This document shows positions 38,248-48,182 of a DNA stretch of 64,000 bases, one piece after another. The notes beneath the pieces are model-generated. The model had not been told where the DNA came from. It saw nothing but the letters and a program-made list of their open reading frames with translations, and did not search any database. A program made the position numbers and the translations under genes. Positions within the stretch are counted from its first letter, which is position 1. Every line of letters begins with the position of its first letter. Source of the stretch: Thermococcus sp. JdFR-02 (GTDB lineage Archaea > Methanobacteriota_B > Thermococci > Thermococcales > Thermococcaceae); NCBI GenBank assembly GCA_002009975.1, contig MTLP01000012.1:128001-192000 (forward strand), written 5' to 3'.

Positions 38248-38368
38248 TCAAAAATCTAGATAATTAACTTAACATGGTTTTGGTACATTAGTCTATATGT
38301 GAGAAAAGGATATAAACTAAAGCTGAACACTCTGGAATGGCTCTCATTCTTATAAGAGAGGTGAGAAT

Positions 38369-39736
38369 GTGGACATTGATGCACTAATTAAGAAAGCTGA
38401 GGAACTTGCAAGGAAGCATGATGTTGAGTATTATGAAGTGAGGATTGTTAAAGTTAGTGCAACTTCTCTTGAAATGCAGAATTCTCGATTAGAAGAACTT
38501 TCATCAAACATAGAACTTGGTGTTGGTGTGAGAGTTTTTAATGGTGCATGGGGGTTTTCTTCTGCAAATGATATGAGGAGGGCAGAGCTAGCTATTGAAA
38601 CCGCTATGAAAATTGCAAAAGTTATGCGGGGGAATTCTAGGATTTACTTGGGAGATCCTGTGAAAGATAAGGTTTTTATTGAATGTAAAGAGGATTTTGA
38701 GGAAGTTGGAATAGATGAGAAGATAGATGTTGTTAAAGAAATTGATAACCTTTTAGCTGATAAAGGAATCTCAAACAGAAAGGTTTCATATGGAGACGGT
38801 AAAAAATGGCAATTTTATTTTAATTCTCTTGGAAGCGAGATAGAAACATTAATACCAAGGGTAAAGCTCATCTTCTCCGCAACTGCGAAGGCAAATGGAG
38901 ATATGCAGAGTTATTGGAAAATCTTTGGTGGAACGAGAGGATGGGAGGTTATTAAAAAGATAGATTTTGACTATTGGACAAACTTCGTTAAAAATAAAGC
39001 TAAGAATCTTTTGAAAGCTCAGCTTCCTCCCTCTGGAGAGTTTGAAATTATAATGGATCCAGAATTGACGGGTGTTTTTATTCATGAGGCATTGGGACAC
39101 GCAAGTGAGGGAGATGCAATAAAGAACGGTGAGAGTATATTAGAGGGAAAATTGGGGAAGAAAATTGGGGTTGAAGAGTTGACTGTTGTTGATGATCCCA
39201 CTTTAGAAGGGAAGTTCGGTTCTTATGTCTATGATGATGAGGGCATAAAAGCTAGAAGAGTTGAGATAATTAAAAATGGCGTTTTGAATGAATATTTGCT
39301 TGATAGAGAAACAGCTGCTTACTTAAATTTGGAACCAAACGGACATGGAAGGGCTCAAAACTATAATTATCAGCCTTTGGTAAGGATGAGCAACACTTAC
39401 ATTGAGCCTGGGGATTGGTCTTTTGAGGAAATGCTCAATGAAGTTAAGCACGGCTTGTATTTGATTGGGGATAAGGGGGGAGAGGTTGATATAGTCAATG
39501 GAACTTTTATGTTTGGTGCCAAAGAGGGATATTTAATTGAAAATGGTGAGATTAAAGGTCATATACGAGATGTAGCATTGTCCGGGAAGATTTTGGATAT
39601 TTTGAGGAACATAAGGGCAATTGGAAAAGATTTGAAAATAGATTTCCCCGGTTACTGTGGAAAGGGACAGTGGGTTCCTATTGACGATGGAGGTCCTCAT
39701 GTGTTAACGAAGGCTTTAGTTGGGGGTCTAGTTTAA
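38369..39736 (+). CDS. tldD: TldD-family metalloprotease
   Basis: GVFIHEALGH zinc motif, DDEG, RMSNTYI, C-terminal CGKGQ.VP..GGP. Confidence 0.9.
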   Translation: MDIDALIKKAEELARKHDVEYYEVRIVKVSATSLEMQNSRLEELSSNIELGVGVRVFNGAWGFSSANDMRRAELAIETAMKIAKVMRGNSRIYLGDPVKDKVFIECKEDFEEVGIDEKIDVVKEIDNLLADKGISNRKVSYGDGKKWQFYFNSLGSEIETLIPRVKLIFSATAKANGDMQSYWKIFGGTRGWEVIKKIDFDYWTNFVKNKAKNLLKAQLPPSGEFEIIMDPELTGVFIHEALGHASEGDAIKNGESILEGKLGKKIGVEELTVVDDPTLEGKFGSYVYDDEGIKARRVEIIKNGVLNEYLLDRETAAYLNLEPNGHGRAQNYNYQPLVRMSNTYIEPGDWSFEEMLNEVKHGLYLIGDKGGEVDIVNGTFMFGAKEGYLIENGEIKGHIRDVALSGKILDILRNIRAIGKDLKIDFPGYCGKGQWVPIDDGGPHVLTKALVGGLV

Positions 39737-40371
39737 TCTTTTGAAGAAGCATTCCAAATTTTAACCTCAAGTACTTCCCAGCTTTTCCACCCTTCTTCTC
39801 CAAAAGCAACTAGGTATATGTAATATGTTCTTCCTTTTTCGGCATTTTTTGCACTTATTCTAATTTTAAATGTCGCATTCTTTTGAGGGAAAATTTCTAC
39901 TTCACTGGGAATAATCTCGATTTCAAGTTCCTTTGTTTCTTCGAGTTTTCTCTGAATTGCACGCCATGCATTTCCAAGATTTGGTTCGCCGATGAATGCT
40001 TTGAGTTTAACCTTCCCGCTGTAATAGCATTTTGTTTCATTAACCACCTCAAATCCTTTCATCCCTTTTACTGTATATTCTTTTGCAAATATCACGCCCT
40101 TTACTGTCACGGTTTTATTTGGTGGTATTATCACTCCTTTAGTCATTAGCTCAATGTTGTGGATGTTAAATTCTCCATAGCTGGGATGAACACAGTTAGA
40201 GATGGTTTTACTGAGATTGGTTTCCATATTGCTCATAGTATGAGTTTCAGATGCTGTGAAGGTCTCATTAACTGGTGCATTTTGGTGAGTTTCCAATAAG
40301 AAAGTGCTAAGCAATAAAGCGGAGAGTACTAAAATTGTAGCAATAATGGAACTCTTCATGATATTTCCCAA
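39733..40371 (-). CDS. Hypothetical secreted or membrane-anchored beta-rich protein
   Basis: N-terminal hydrophobic segment, several N-x-S/T sequons, beta-strand-like pattern. Confidence 0.7.
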   Translation of the reverse strand: MGNIMKSSIIATILVLSALLLSTFLLETHQNAPVNETFTASETHTMSNMETNLSKTISNCVHPSYGEFNIHNIELMTKGVIIPPNKTVTVKGVIFAKEYTVKGMKGFEVVNETKCYYSGKVKLKAFIGEPNLGNAWRAIQRKLEETKELEIEIIPSEVEIFPQKNATFKIRISAKNAEKGRTYYIYLVAFGEEGWKSWEVLEVKIWNASSKD

Positions 40372-40502
40372 TAATAATATGAATTTTTGAAATATTTAAA
40401 AATTCTGTTAGTTTCAGGTGATTTAAACATCAATTTTCTTACTTTCTATACTTTTACCAAAAGCATTTAAGTCACACGTATAAATCCCTATGCGGTGGAA
40501 AA

Positions 40503-41810
40503 ATGATAGATGAGCTAATCAAAATCCTCAACCATAAAGATGTTGAGTGGGAGATTTACTGGGAAGTTGGTAGGGGAAGTAGCTTTAAAGTTGAGAAAGG
40601 TGAGCTTGTAAGAGCGCAAAGGAAGTTTCATTCTGGAATAGGACTTAGAATTGGATATAGAGGTAAGCTCGGCTTCTCATACATAACTGGAATTAATCAT
40701 GATAGAAATACCTTAGAGAAGTTCGTTGATAAAACTATAAAGCTGGCAAAGGTTAGTGAAGTTAAATTTTATGGTTTCGCTTCAAAAACTAAGGAAAATA
40801 AGATAAAAGGTCTTTATGATAAGAGAATAGAGGATTTAAGTTTTGAGGACGCTTTAGATAAAGCTAACTTAATGCTTGCAAAGGAGAGGGAGCTTAAGGA
40901 GAACTTGGGGAAGGATTATACCCTATCAGGAGCCCTAGCTTTTGGAGTTTCTACGGATGGTATACTAAACTCGAATGACGTTGAAAAGAAAGAAAAAACG
41001 ACGGGAATAAGCTTAAACATCTACATAGTTAAAAGACATGAGGATAAGAGCGGGAGCGGAAGTTATTACAAAGGATTTAGAAGAATGCCCGATTTAGAAG
41101 AAGAACTATCTATAGGACTTGATAAAGCATTGAAAGAAGTTGAGTTGAGCTTTAAGGCTAAAAAGCTCGTAGGATACGAGGGTGAAATAATTTTTGAGCC
41201 TCATTCCTTTGCTTCAATTGTTGGGATTTTAATGCACAATTTATACGCTGACAATGTCTATCATGGACGTTCAAGGTTTAGTAGCTTTGGTGTTGAAGTT
41301 GCAAGTGGTGCATTCACTTTAATTGACGATGGAACCTTAGAGAATAAGCTTGGTAGCTATTCCTTTGATGGGGAAGGGAACCCCTCTCAAAGAACTATTT
41401 TAATTGAAGAGGGTATGCTAAAGAACTTCCTCTTCGATGAGCAGTATGCCAAGCTTATGAATACCAAAAGCACTGGAAATGCAGTTAGGGATTTTAGAAC
41501 AACTCCTCACATAGGGCACAGCAATATTATAGTTACCGGAAGAAAAGAGAATTTAGAAGAATTGGATAATGCAGTAGTTGTTAGGAAGGTTTTTGGAGAA
41601 CATACTGCAAATCCAATAAGCGGGGATTTTTCTTTAACGATAGAGCTTGGATATGTTATAAAAAACGGCGAGGTTAAGCCCTTTAAGGATAATATGCTTA
41701 CAGGAAACATATTTTCTCTGATAAATTCTATCAAAGCAGTTGGTAAAAGAGAGGAGGAAATTGGTGGATTTATCTCACCTAGAGTTATGGCATTGGGAAA
41801 AATCGTATAG
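40503..41810 (+). CDS. TldE/PmbA-family protein
   Basis: FDGEG, HTANPISGDFS, lacks HExxH; near tldD. Confidence 0.88.
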   Translation: MIDELIKILNHKDVEWEIYWEVGRGSSFKVEKGELVRAQRKFHSGIGLRIGYRGKLGFSYITGINHDRNTLEKFVDKTIKLAKVSEVKFYGFASKTKENKIKGLYDKRIEDLSFEDALDKANLMLAKERELKENLGKDYTLSGALAFGVSTDGILNSNDVEKKEKTTGISLNIYIVKRHEDKSGSGSYYKGFRRMPDLEEELSIGLDKALKEVELSFKAKKLVGYEGEIIFEPHSFASIVGILMHNLYADNVYHGRSRFSSFGVEVASGAFTLIDDGTLENKLGSYSFDGEGNPSQRTILIEEGMLKNFLFDEQYAKLMNTKSTGNAVRDFRTTPHIGHSNIIVTGRKENLEELDNAVVVRKVFGEHTANPISGDFSLTIELGYVIKNGEVKPFKDNMLTGNIFSLINSIKAVGKREEEIGGFISPRVMALGKIV

Positions 41811-41908
41811 CAGTAACCTTTCTTATGAGGAGTAGACTGGTTTTTAGATATTTGAGTTAAGAAAAACTATTTATATTACAAAGCAAAAAATTATTTCTGG
41901 TGGTAAGC

Positions 41909-42574
41909 ATGGTTAGTAATAATTTAGAGTTGATTTTATCACATCTTTTTCCCGGAGAGACCGTTTTAGTCGAGTATGACTCACTATCATCACCAGAAGT
42001 TTTGCTGTATCTAATATCCAAATACTGCGAGAAGAATAAAATTGGAATTCTGATTGATGATATTGGTGATACCTTGGTTGAGTTCATAACTCGACTAGAG
42101 CTTATGCAATTTCCAATCGATAGATTGGCAAAAACCCCTGTTATAAAAATAGGTGGAAAGAGGGAGATTGGTAGTATAATAGGCACACTGAACACCGACA
42201 AATATTTGCTGGATTTTAAATACTATGGAACAATCTATGAGGAATGGATTTCTTCTAAAGGTTTTGTTTTTAATCCAGTTTTGGGCTTTCATAAGCTTCT
42301 GTTGGTAAGTGAATATGGTGAAGCGGTTAGATTAGCAAGAAACGTTTCTACATTTGTTGGAAAGAAGAGCAGAACGGCCTTCTACTTTATGAACACTTCT
42401 CTGTTAAATCGGCACCTTTTGGAGGTTCTTTATTTGCTTGAAGAAACAGCAACCACCGTCATTAATTGGAGCAGAAAGGGAAGCTCATATCATTTAAAAA
42501 TATTGAAGTCTGCAAATGAGGACATTATTGAGAAGACAATAACGTTAAACTGGAGTGAGATTAAGAAATACTAA
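41909..42574 (+). CDS. DUF257-family protein (Thermococcales, inactive RecA-like)
   Basis: GETVLVEY, DDIGDTL, VIKIGG, VLGFHKL, RTAFYF.N, LEE.ATTVI. Confidence 0.8.
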   Translation: MVSNNLELILSHLFPGETVLVEYDSLSSPEVLLYLISKYCEKNKIGILIDDIGDTLVEFITRLELMQFPIDRLAKTPVIKIGGKREIGSIIGTLNTDKYLLDFKYYGTIYEEWISSKGFVFNPVLGFHKLLLVSEYGEAVRLARNVSTFVGKKSRTAFYFMNTSLLNRHLLEVLYLLEETATTVINWSRKGSSYHLKILKSANEDIIEKTITLNWSEIKKY

Positions 42575-42596
42575 ACATTTAAATATTCTTAATTCT

Positions 42597-42613
42597 TATC
42601 ACTTTTGGTGATA
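42597..42613. promoter_or_regulatory. Thermococcales glycolytic motif (TGM), Tgr/TrmBL1 site
   Basis: TATCAC-ttttg-GTGATA, perfect consensus, between the TATA (about 42578) and ATG 42616. Confidence 0.88.
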
Positions 42614-42615
42614 CA

Positions 42616-44721
42616 ATGCGTGGAATAGGAGTTTTAATAATTGCTTTGCTGATTCTTCCTAATGCTTTTGCTTATCAGATTCCTGAAAAGAACGTAATTT
42701 ACCAAATAATGGTGGACAGATTTTATGATGGCAATCAAAGTAACAATGGACCTTTTTATGATCCTACTCATACTAAATATCGCCTCTATTGGGGAGGTGA
42801 TTTAGAGGGGATAATCCAAAAGCTTAACTATTTACAGGAGCTTGGTGTTTCAATGATCTGGCTTTCTCCAGTAAATGATAATGTGAACAAAATAATCTAT
42901 GGTTCAGCGCCTTATCATGGATACTGGACGAGAGATTACAAAAGAATTGAAGAGCATTTTGGGGATTGGAGAACTTTTAGACGTTTGGTTGAAGAAGCGG
43001 AAGAAAGAGGCATATGTATCATCGTTGATTTTGTTCCAAATCATTCAAATCCAGCAACAGATGGTGAATTAGCTTCTCTTTATAACAATGGTACTTTCAT
43101 AACAAATTATTACTACGATAAGCAAAATGCAACACGAAATCAGTACACGGGGAGTTTGGAGAACATTTATCATCACAATGGAAACATAAAGAATTGGTTT
43201 GGCTTTGAGTTAAAATATGCAAACCTTTTTGGATTGGCTGATTTTAACCACTTAAACCCTTGGGTTGATGAATATCTGAAAGAAAGCCTTGATTTATTTA
43301 TTCAAAGCGGAGTTTGCGGCTTTAGAATTGATGCAGTGAAGCACATGGATTTAGGCTGGCTCACTCAGTTCTACGCTTTTGCTTATCAAAAAGAACCCCT
43401 ATTCATTTATGGGGAGTATTACAAACTCGACACATCAAAAAGTGATGACATGTTTTATTTCTACCAATACTCAAACATTTCACCTCTATTAAGCATTCCA
43501 ATAAGGAATGATATAGTTAGGACTTTTGCTTATGGGGGAAGCTTAAAAGATCTGTCGAGAAAGATAGAAAATTATTACTCACACCTCGTTTATCCAAACA
43601 AGGCTGTGAATTTCTTAGATAATCACGACTTGCCAAGATATTTAAGCGAAAGCAAAAACAAAGACAGATATCACATGGCTTTAAGCTTAGTCATGACTTT
43701 GCCAGGAATTCCAGTGATTTATTATGGAGATGAGAGCTATTTGGTGAGCAAAGACGGTAAAGGGGATCCCTACAACAGACCTATGATGCACTTTAATTCT
43801 TCAACCGAGGCTTTTAGAATAATTAAAACTTTAGCAAAGCTCAGAAAAGAGAACAACGCTCTAGCTTATGGTGATTTAAGAACGCTTTATGCCAATTATA
43901 ACACTTGGGTCTTTGAGAGAACCTTTGGAAGCGAGAAGATTTTAGTGGTTGTAAATAAGGTTGATGACAAAAACCTTGAGATTCCTTTAAACTGGAGCAA
44001 TGGTATTTATAGAGACATTCTCTATGGTATTGAGATGAACGTTAAAGATGGAAAAGCCAAAATTTTTGTTCCAAAGGACAAAATACTTGTTTTCAGTTTT
44101 AAAGATGAAGAGGAGAAACCTTTGATAGGTTCGGTAACTCCTTATTTAGGACAACCGGGACAGAAAATAGTTCTTGGTGGCGTTGCATTTGGAAAAAATG
44201 GAAAAGTGATCGTTGAGAGTGAATACGAGAAGAAAAAAGCCAAGATTATAGAATGGAACGATGAAATGATAGTCTTTGAAATGCCGCAAATTAGAACTCA
44301 AAAAGCTTGGGTGAAGGTTTATATTGACAATGGAAAGGAGAGCAACGAAGTTAAGGTTAGATATTTGAGTGGCGAACAGATTACTTCTTTAATTGTTTTA
44401 AATGCGAGCAACTTAACGGGACAGCTTTGGATTAAGGGAGATATTCCAGAGCTTGCGGAACCAATACCTCTTTTAAAATCAAAAAACTATTACTTCCAAG
44501 TTGTAAGCTTACCTAAAGATGCAGTTTTTGAAATTCAGCTTTACAAGGGGTTGCCTTGGGAAAAGCTCGAGCCTCTAAACGTTACACTATATGGAAAGAG
44601 TAATAGTACAGTGATTTTGAGCGAAGAACCTATTACAAGGGAAACAAATGTGAAAGCTATTTGTGGGGTTGGCATGGTTTTGGTTATCTCTTTAATGATT
44701 TTGCTATTTCGGAGGGACTAA
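42616..44721 (+). CDS. Extracellular GH13 CGTase/alpha-amylase with IPT/TIG domain and C-terminal anchor
   Basis: Signal peptide; IYQIMVDRFYDG, YHGYW, DFVPNH, GFRIDAVKH, YGEY, FLDNHD; C-terminal ICGVG plus TM plus RR (CGP-CTERM-like). Confidence 0.9.
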   Translation: MRGIGVLIIALLILPNAFAYQIPEKNVIYQIMVDRFYDGNQSNNGPFYDPTHTKYRLYWGGDLEGIIQKLNYLQELGVSMIWLSPVNDNVNKIIYGSAPYHGYWTRDYKRIEEHFGDWRTFRRLVEEAEERGICIIVDFVPNHSNPATDGELASLYNNGTFITNYYYDKQNATRNQYTGSLENIYHHNGNIKNWFGFELKYANLFGLADFNHLNPWVDEYLKESLDLFIQSGVCGFRIDAVKHMDLGWLTQFYAFAYQKEPLFIYGEYYKLDTSKSDDMFYFYQYSNISPLLSIPIRNDIVRTFAYGGSLKDLSRKIENYYSHLVYPNKAVNFLDNHDLPRYLSESKNKDRYHMALSLVMTLPGIPVIYYGDESYLVSKDGKGDPYNRPMMHFNSSTEAFRIIKTLAKLRKENNALAYGDLRTLYANYNTWVFERTFGSEKILVVVNKVDDKNLEIPLNWSNGIYRDILYGIEMNVKDGKAKIFVPKDKILVFSFKDEEEKPLIGSVTPYLGQPGQKIVLGGVAFGKNGKVIVESEYEKKKAKIIEWNDEMIVFEMPQIRTQKAWVKVYIDNGKESNEVKVRYLSGEQITSLIVLNASNLTGQLWIKGDIPELAEPIPLLKSKNYYFQVVSLPKDAVFEIQLYKGLPWEKLEPLNVTLYGKSNSTVILSEEPITRETNVKAICGVGMVLVISLMILLFRRD

Positions 44722-44864
44722 TCCTCTTTTTTATAACTTGTCAAAACTAAGGTGATAATATTCTTTTGCTTTTTTCAATACTCTTGATAATTAAAGTTCA
44801 GGTATTTAAAGACGACACAACCTTTTTTAGTTATCAAAAAAGAAATCTTTTAGGTGTGATAACA

Positions 44865-45629
44865 ATGAAAAAACATGAATGGGAAGAATTTTTCGACAGA
44901 GAGGCAGGGCACTACTTGAAAGAGCCGTTTACTAAATACACAAAAGAGGAAGTGGAGTTTTTATTAAATGAGTTTCAGCTGCCAGAAGGAGCCAAAATAT
45001 TGGATGTTGGCTGTGGTGTCGGAAGGCATTCGATAGAACTCGCAAAAAGAGGATACAGAGTAACAGGGATAGACCTTTCCCAGGGAATGCTTGAAGAAGC
45101 AAGAAAACGAGCTCAAAGGGAAGGTGTTGAAGTGGAGTTCATAAAAGCAGATGCTACAAAGTTTAAGCGTGAGGAGGAATTTGACGCTGCCATATGCCTC
45201 TGTGAAGGTGCTTTTTCGTTAATCGGTTCAAGTGACGACCCAATAGAGCACGACTTAGCGATACTCAAGAACATTTATAAATCCTTAAAGCCCGGTGGGA
45301 AATTTATTTTGACTGCCCTAAGTGCCCTTTCAAGAATTAAAGGAGCATCAAACGAGGACATAGCTAAAGGAACTTTCGATCCAAACACCATGACGTTCTT
45401 TGAAGAAATTGAGGCACCGGATGGCACAAAAATCCCGATTAAAGAACGCGTCTACGTCCCTACAGAGCTTTACTTAATGTTCAAAATGGTTGGGTTTGAA
45501 GTAAAAGCCATCTGGGGAGGTACTGCTGGTAGATGGGGAAAGAGGAAGATAGATTTCGATGATATCGAAATAATGGTAATAGCTGAGAAGCCTAAAAGGA
45601 GGAATTTAAGTGAAGGATGTTCATATTAG
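44865..45629 (+). CDS. Class I SAM-dependent methyltransferase
   Basis: ILDVGCGVGRH, GIDLS, LKPGGKF. Confidence 0.9.
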   Translation: MKKHEWEEFFDREAGHYLKEPFTKYTKEEVEFLLNEFQLPEGAKILDVGCGVGRHSIELAKRGYRVTGIDLSQGMLEEARKRAQREGVEVEFIKADATKFKREEEFDAAICLCEGAFSLIGSSDDPIEHDLAILKNIYKSLKPGGKFILTALSALSRIKGASNEDIAKGTFDPNTMTFFEEIEAPDGTKIPIKERVYVPTELYLMFKMVGFEVKAIWGGTAGRWGKRKIDFDDIEIMVIAEKPKRRNLSEGCSY

Positions 45630-46062
45630 AAAAGCCCAAGAATCAGATTTGCACGAAATTAAAAATCTTATGTTAGAGCTCATCGAAAGCCTTGAAAGTG
45701 AAGAGGGAATAGACGAAAATGCCATACTTAAGAACTGCAGAAAAATCCTAAAGGCTCCAAATGCACATTTGCTGGTTGCGGAGTTAGATGGAGAGATAGT
45801 AGGAGTGTTGCATTTAAACGTTCGTAGAACGCTTCTCCATTCCGCACCTTCTGGGTTGATTGATGAGCTCGTTGTATCCGAGAGACACAGAGGAAAGGGA
45901 ATAGGAAGAAAACTGATAGAGGCTGCTGTGGAATTATGTAAGGGATTAAAATGCGCTGAAATTGAAGTGAGCACTGAGATTAGTAACCTCAAAGCTAGGG
46001 AGTTTTATAAAAGCATGGGCTTTGAAGAGATTGGAGTCCTTCTTGAGATGGATTTAGATTAA
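45610..46062 (+). CDS. GNAT-family acetyltransferase
   Basis: LVVSERHRGKGIGRKL, AREFYKSMGF. Confidence 0.9.
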   Translation: MKDVHIRKAQESDLHEIKNLMLELIESLESEEGIDENAILKNCRKILKAPNAHLLVAELDGEIVGVLHLNVRRTLLHSAPSGLIDELVVSERHRGKGIGRKLIEAAVELCKGLKCAEIEVSTEISNLKAREFYKSMGFEEIGVLLEMDLD

Positions 46063-46248
46063 TCATCCTTCCCAAATGCTTTTCCATTCGAATTCATCTT
46101 TCTCTTCTTTTTCTTCAGTTTCTAATATTATCTCTGGTTCTTTTTCTCTTTCTTTCCACATGGTAGCGGCTAACCAAAGAAGGGCAAATGGACCAGTAAG
46201 GATCAGAAGGAAAATAAAGAACAATGCTTTTTTCGTTTTTTCGTTCAT
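46063..46248 (-). CDS. Small single-TM hypothetical protein
   Basis: One hydrophobic helix and acidic tail; TATA-like element close upstream. Confidence 0.55.
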   Translation of the reverse strand: MNEKTKKALFFIFLLILTGPFALLWLAATMWKEREKEPEIILETEEKEEKDEFEWKSIWEG

Positions 46249-46484
46249 ATTTTAAATTTAGACTTTTAGATATATGAAATTAATCCTTCACTTTTCTTGT
46301 GTTATGAAAACATCGAAAATTTTTCACATTTATTCAAATGTATTTTGTCATAATACAGCTTTAAAGTTTAAACATTAAAATCAAGATTTAAAAAACTTTA
46401 TTAACCAGAAATGTGTAACATGTGAGTGCAAAACCTGTCCCGCTTTTCTTTTCTGCGAGATGGTTTTGCTTTGGTGGTGATAGC

Positions 46485-46895
46485 GTGAAGAAATTAATAA
46501 TAATGTTGGGATTTTGGTTAATAAGCTTACCTTTAGTGCTATGTCAAGAAAGTGAAGATTACTTAACGGGTCTCAGTGCAAGCGGACCATTCATCGGTGT
46601 TGCAGTGATAATTGCCCTTTTCTTACTGCTCTGGGTTCTTCGAAAGTTCCTGCTTAAGCTCATTCTCGTGTCCATTGTGGCGGTGATCTTTGGAGGGATT
46701 GGTTTACTTCTAGGTTCATTTTTCCTTCCAGCTTTTCAGATCCCATTAGGAGGGGCATTCCTTATCTTTGGTCTCTGGGTATCGCTGAAGCTTCTGAAAG
46801 CTCAGAAAGGAGAGATTGTAGTTACGAGAAGTTCCTTAGGAGACAGGGACAGCGATGTGGACTTCTTCTGGGGGGATGATGAATGGGAAGATTAA
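46485..46895 (+). CDS. Hypothetical membrane protein
   Basis: Signal-like N-terminus, 3 TM, acidic tail; GGTGA SD before GTG. Confidence 0.7.
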   Translation: MKKLIIMLGFWLISLPLVLCQESEDYLTGLSASGPFIGVAVIIALFLLLWVLRKFLLKLILVSIVAVIFGGIGLLLGSFFLPAFQIPLGGAFLIFGLWVSLKLLKAQKGEIVVTRSSLGDRDSDVDFFWGDDEWED

Positions 46896-46967
46896 GGGAG
46901 CTTTCAAGAGCCTTCGGCGTGAAGGTCAAAGGTGATGATTGGTTAATCAGTTTTTGAGGTGATTAGG

Positions 46968-47363
46968 ATGGGAAAGTTCTCTACATTTGTGGTGATAATC
47001 ATCCTGCTTGGTGCAGGAGGATGGTACCTAAATTACCATCTCAAGCTTTCGAACTACGATCAAGAATTGCTATTCAATGATGAGAAAACTGTTCAGGGGG
47101 TAGTATACTACACATCAGACGTAATCCCTGCGGGAACTTACAGAATTGAGATTGACACAGAGGGAAGTGTCAATGATGTGGAAATATTAGATGCTAACTC
47201 GGGCAATGTTATTCACACGCCTCTTATGGTTGTCAAGTCTGACTTCATATACACCTCAGACGTGCCTTTTAGAGTTAGAGTGGAGTTTCATCCAGAGGGA
47301 GATAGTTATATCAAATACCGCACTTCGGTGAAGGTCTATAGGCTGACTAAGAAAGAAAAATAG
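46968..47363 (+). CDS. Hypothetical membrane-anchored beta-rich protein
   Basis: N-terminal TM; GAGGTGA SD. Confidence 0.72.
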   Translation: MGKFSTFVVIIILLGAGGWYLNYHLKLSNYDQELLFNDEKTVQGVVYYTSDVIPAGTYRIEIDTEGSVNDVEILDANSGNVIHTPLMVVKSDFIYTSDVPFRVRVEFHPEGDSYIKYRTSVKVYRLTKKEK

Positions 47364-47402
47364 TTTAATACTTTCACTTCCTCTATCTTTTTTGGTGATA
47401 TA

Positions 47403-48182
47403 ATGAACTTTGAGCGAAAAGTCCTTATTGGAATGGTTCACCTCAAGCCCTTACCTGGTTCTTATCTTTATGATGGAAATTTTGAAAATGTTATTGAACA
47501 TGCTCTAAGTGAGGCAAAAAAGCTGGAAAAAGCTGGTTTTGATGCTATAATGGTTGAGAACTTCAATGATGTGCCTTTTCCAAAGACCGTTGAGCCTACA
47601 ACCATTGCTTCTCTAAGTGTTGTTGCAAAAGTCATTAGAGAGGAAATCTCCCTTCCACTTGGTATTAACGTTTTAAGAAACGATGCAATAGCTGCTTACT
47701 CAATAGCCTACGCTGTAAAAGCAGATTTCATAAGAGTGAATGTTTTGAGTGGAGTAGCTTATACTGATCAGGGGATAATTGAGGGTGTGGCTTATGAATT
47801 AGCAAAGCTTAGAAAAGCATTACCGAGCAAGATAAAGGTTTTTGCAGATGTTCACGTTAAGCATGCGTATCATTTCGGCAATTTCGAGGAAGCAATAAAT
47901 GACACAATCGAAAGAGGTTTAGCAGATGCAATAATTGTTAGCGGAAAAAGAACGGGTGGAGAAGTAGATTTGGAAAAGCTCAAAAAGGCTAAGCAAATTT
48001 CAAGTGTGCCAGTTTTAGTTGGTTCTGGAACAACTTATGAGAACTTGCCAAAGCTTTGGAACTATGCTGATGGCTTTATAGTTGGGACATGGATTAAGAA
48101 AGATGGAAAAACAAAAAATGACATAGATTTGGAGAGGGCTAAGAAGTTGGTTGAGCTTGCTGAGAGCCTTCGCCTTGAGTAG
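47403..48182 (+). CDS. BtpA/SgcQ-family TIM-barrel protein
   Basis: IGMVHLKPLPG, VENFND.PF, GINVLRND, ADVHVKH, IVSG..TG. Confidence 0.92.
   Translation: MNFERKVLIGMVHLKPLPGSYLYDGNFENVIEHALSEAKKLEKAGFDAIMVENFNDVPFPKTVEPTTIASLSVVAKVIREEISLPLGINVLRNDAIAAYSIAYAVKADFIRVNVLSGVAYTDQGIIEGVAYELAKLRKALPSKIKVFADVHVKHAYHFGNFEEAINDTIERGLADAIIVSGKRTGGEVDLEKLKKAKQISSVPVLVGSGTTYENLPKLWNYADGFIVGTWIKKDGKTKNDIDLERAKKLVELAESLRLE

Noticed and set aside
32073-41810. SagB-like oxidase plus TldD/E as a thiazole/oxazole peptide cluster
   Set aside because: The genes are separated by unrelated operons and no YcaO or precursor peptide gene is present
46874-46958. Possible second C/D box sRNA (ATGATGA...GTGATGA...TTGA)
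   Set aside because: No canonical CTGA D/D' boxes at proper spacing; the first box lies in Asp-Asp-Glu codons
47384-47400. TGM-like TATCTT-N5-GTGATA before the BtpA gene
   Set aside because: Two mismatches in the left half; the right half is explained by the GGTGAT SD
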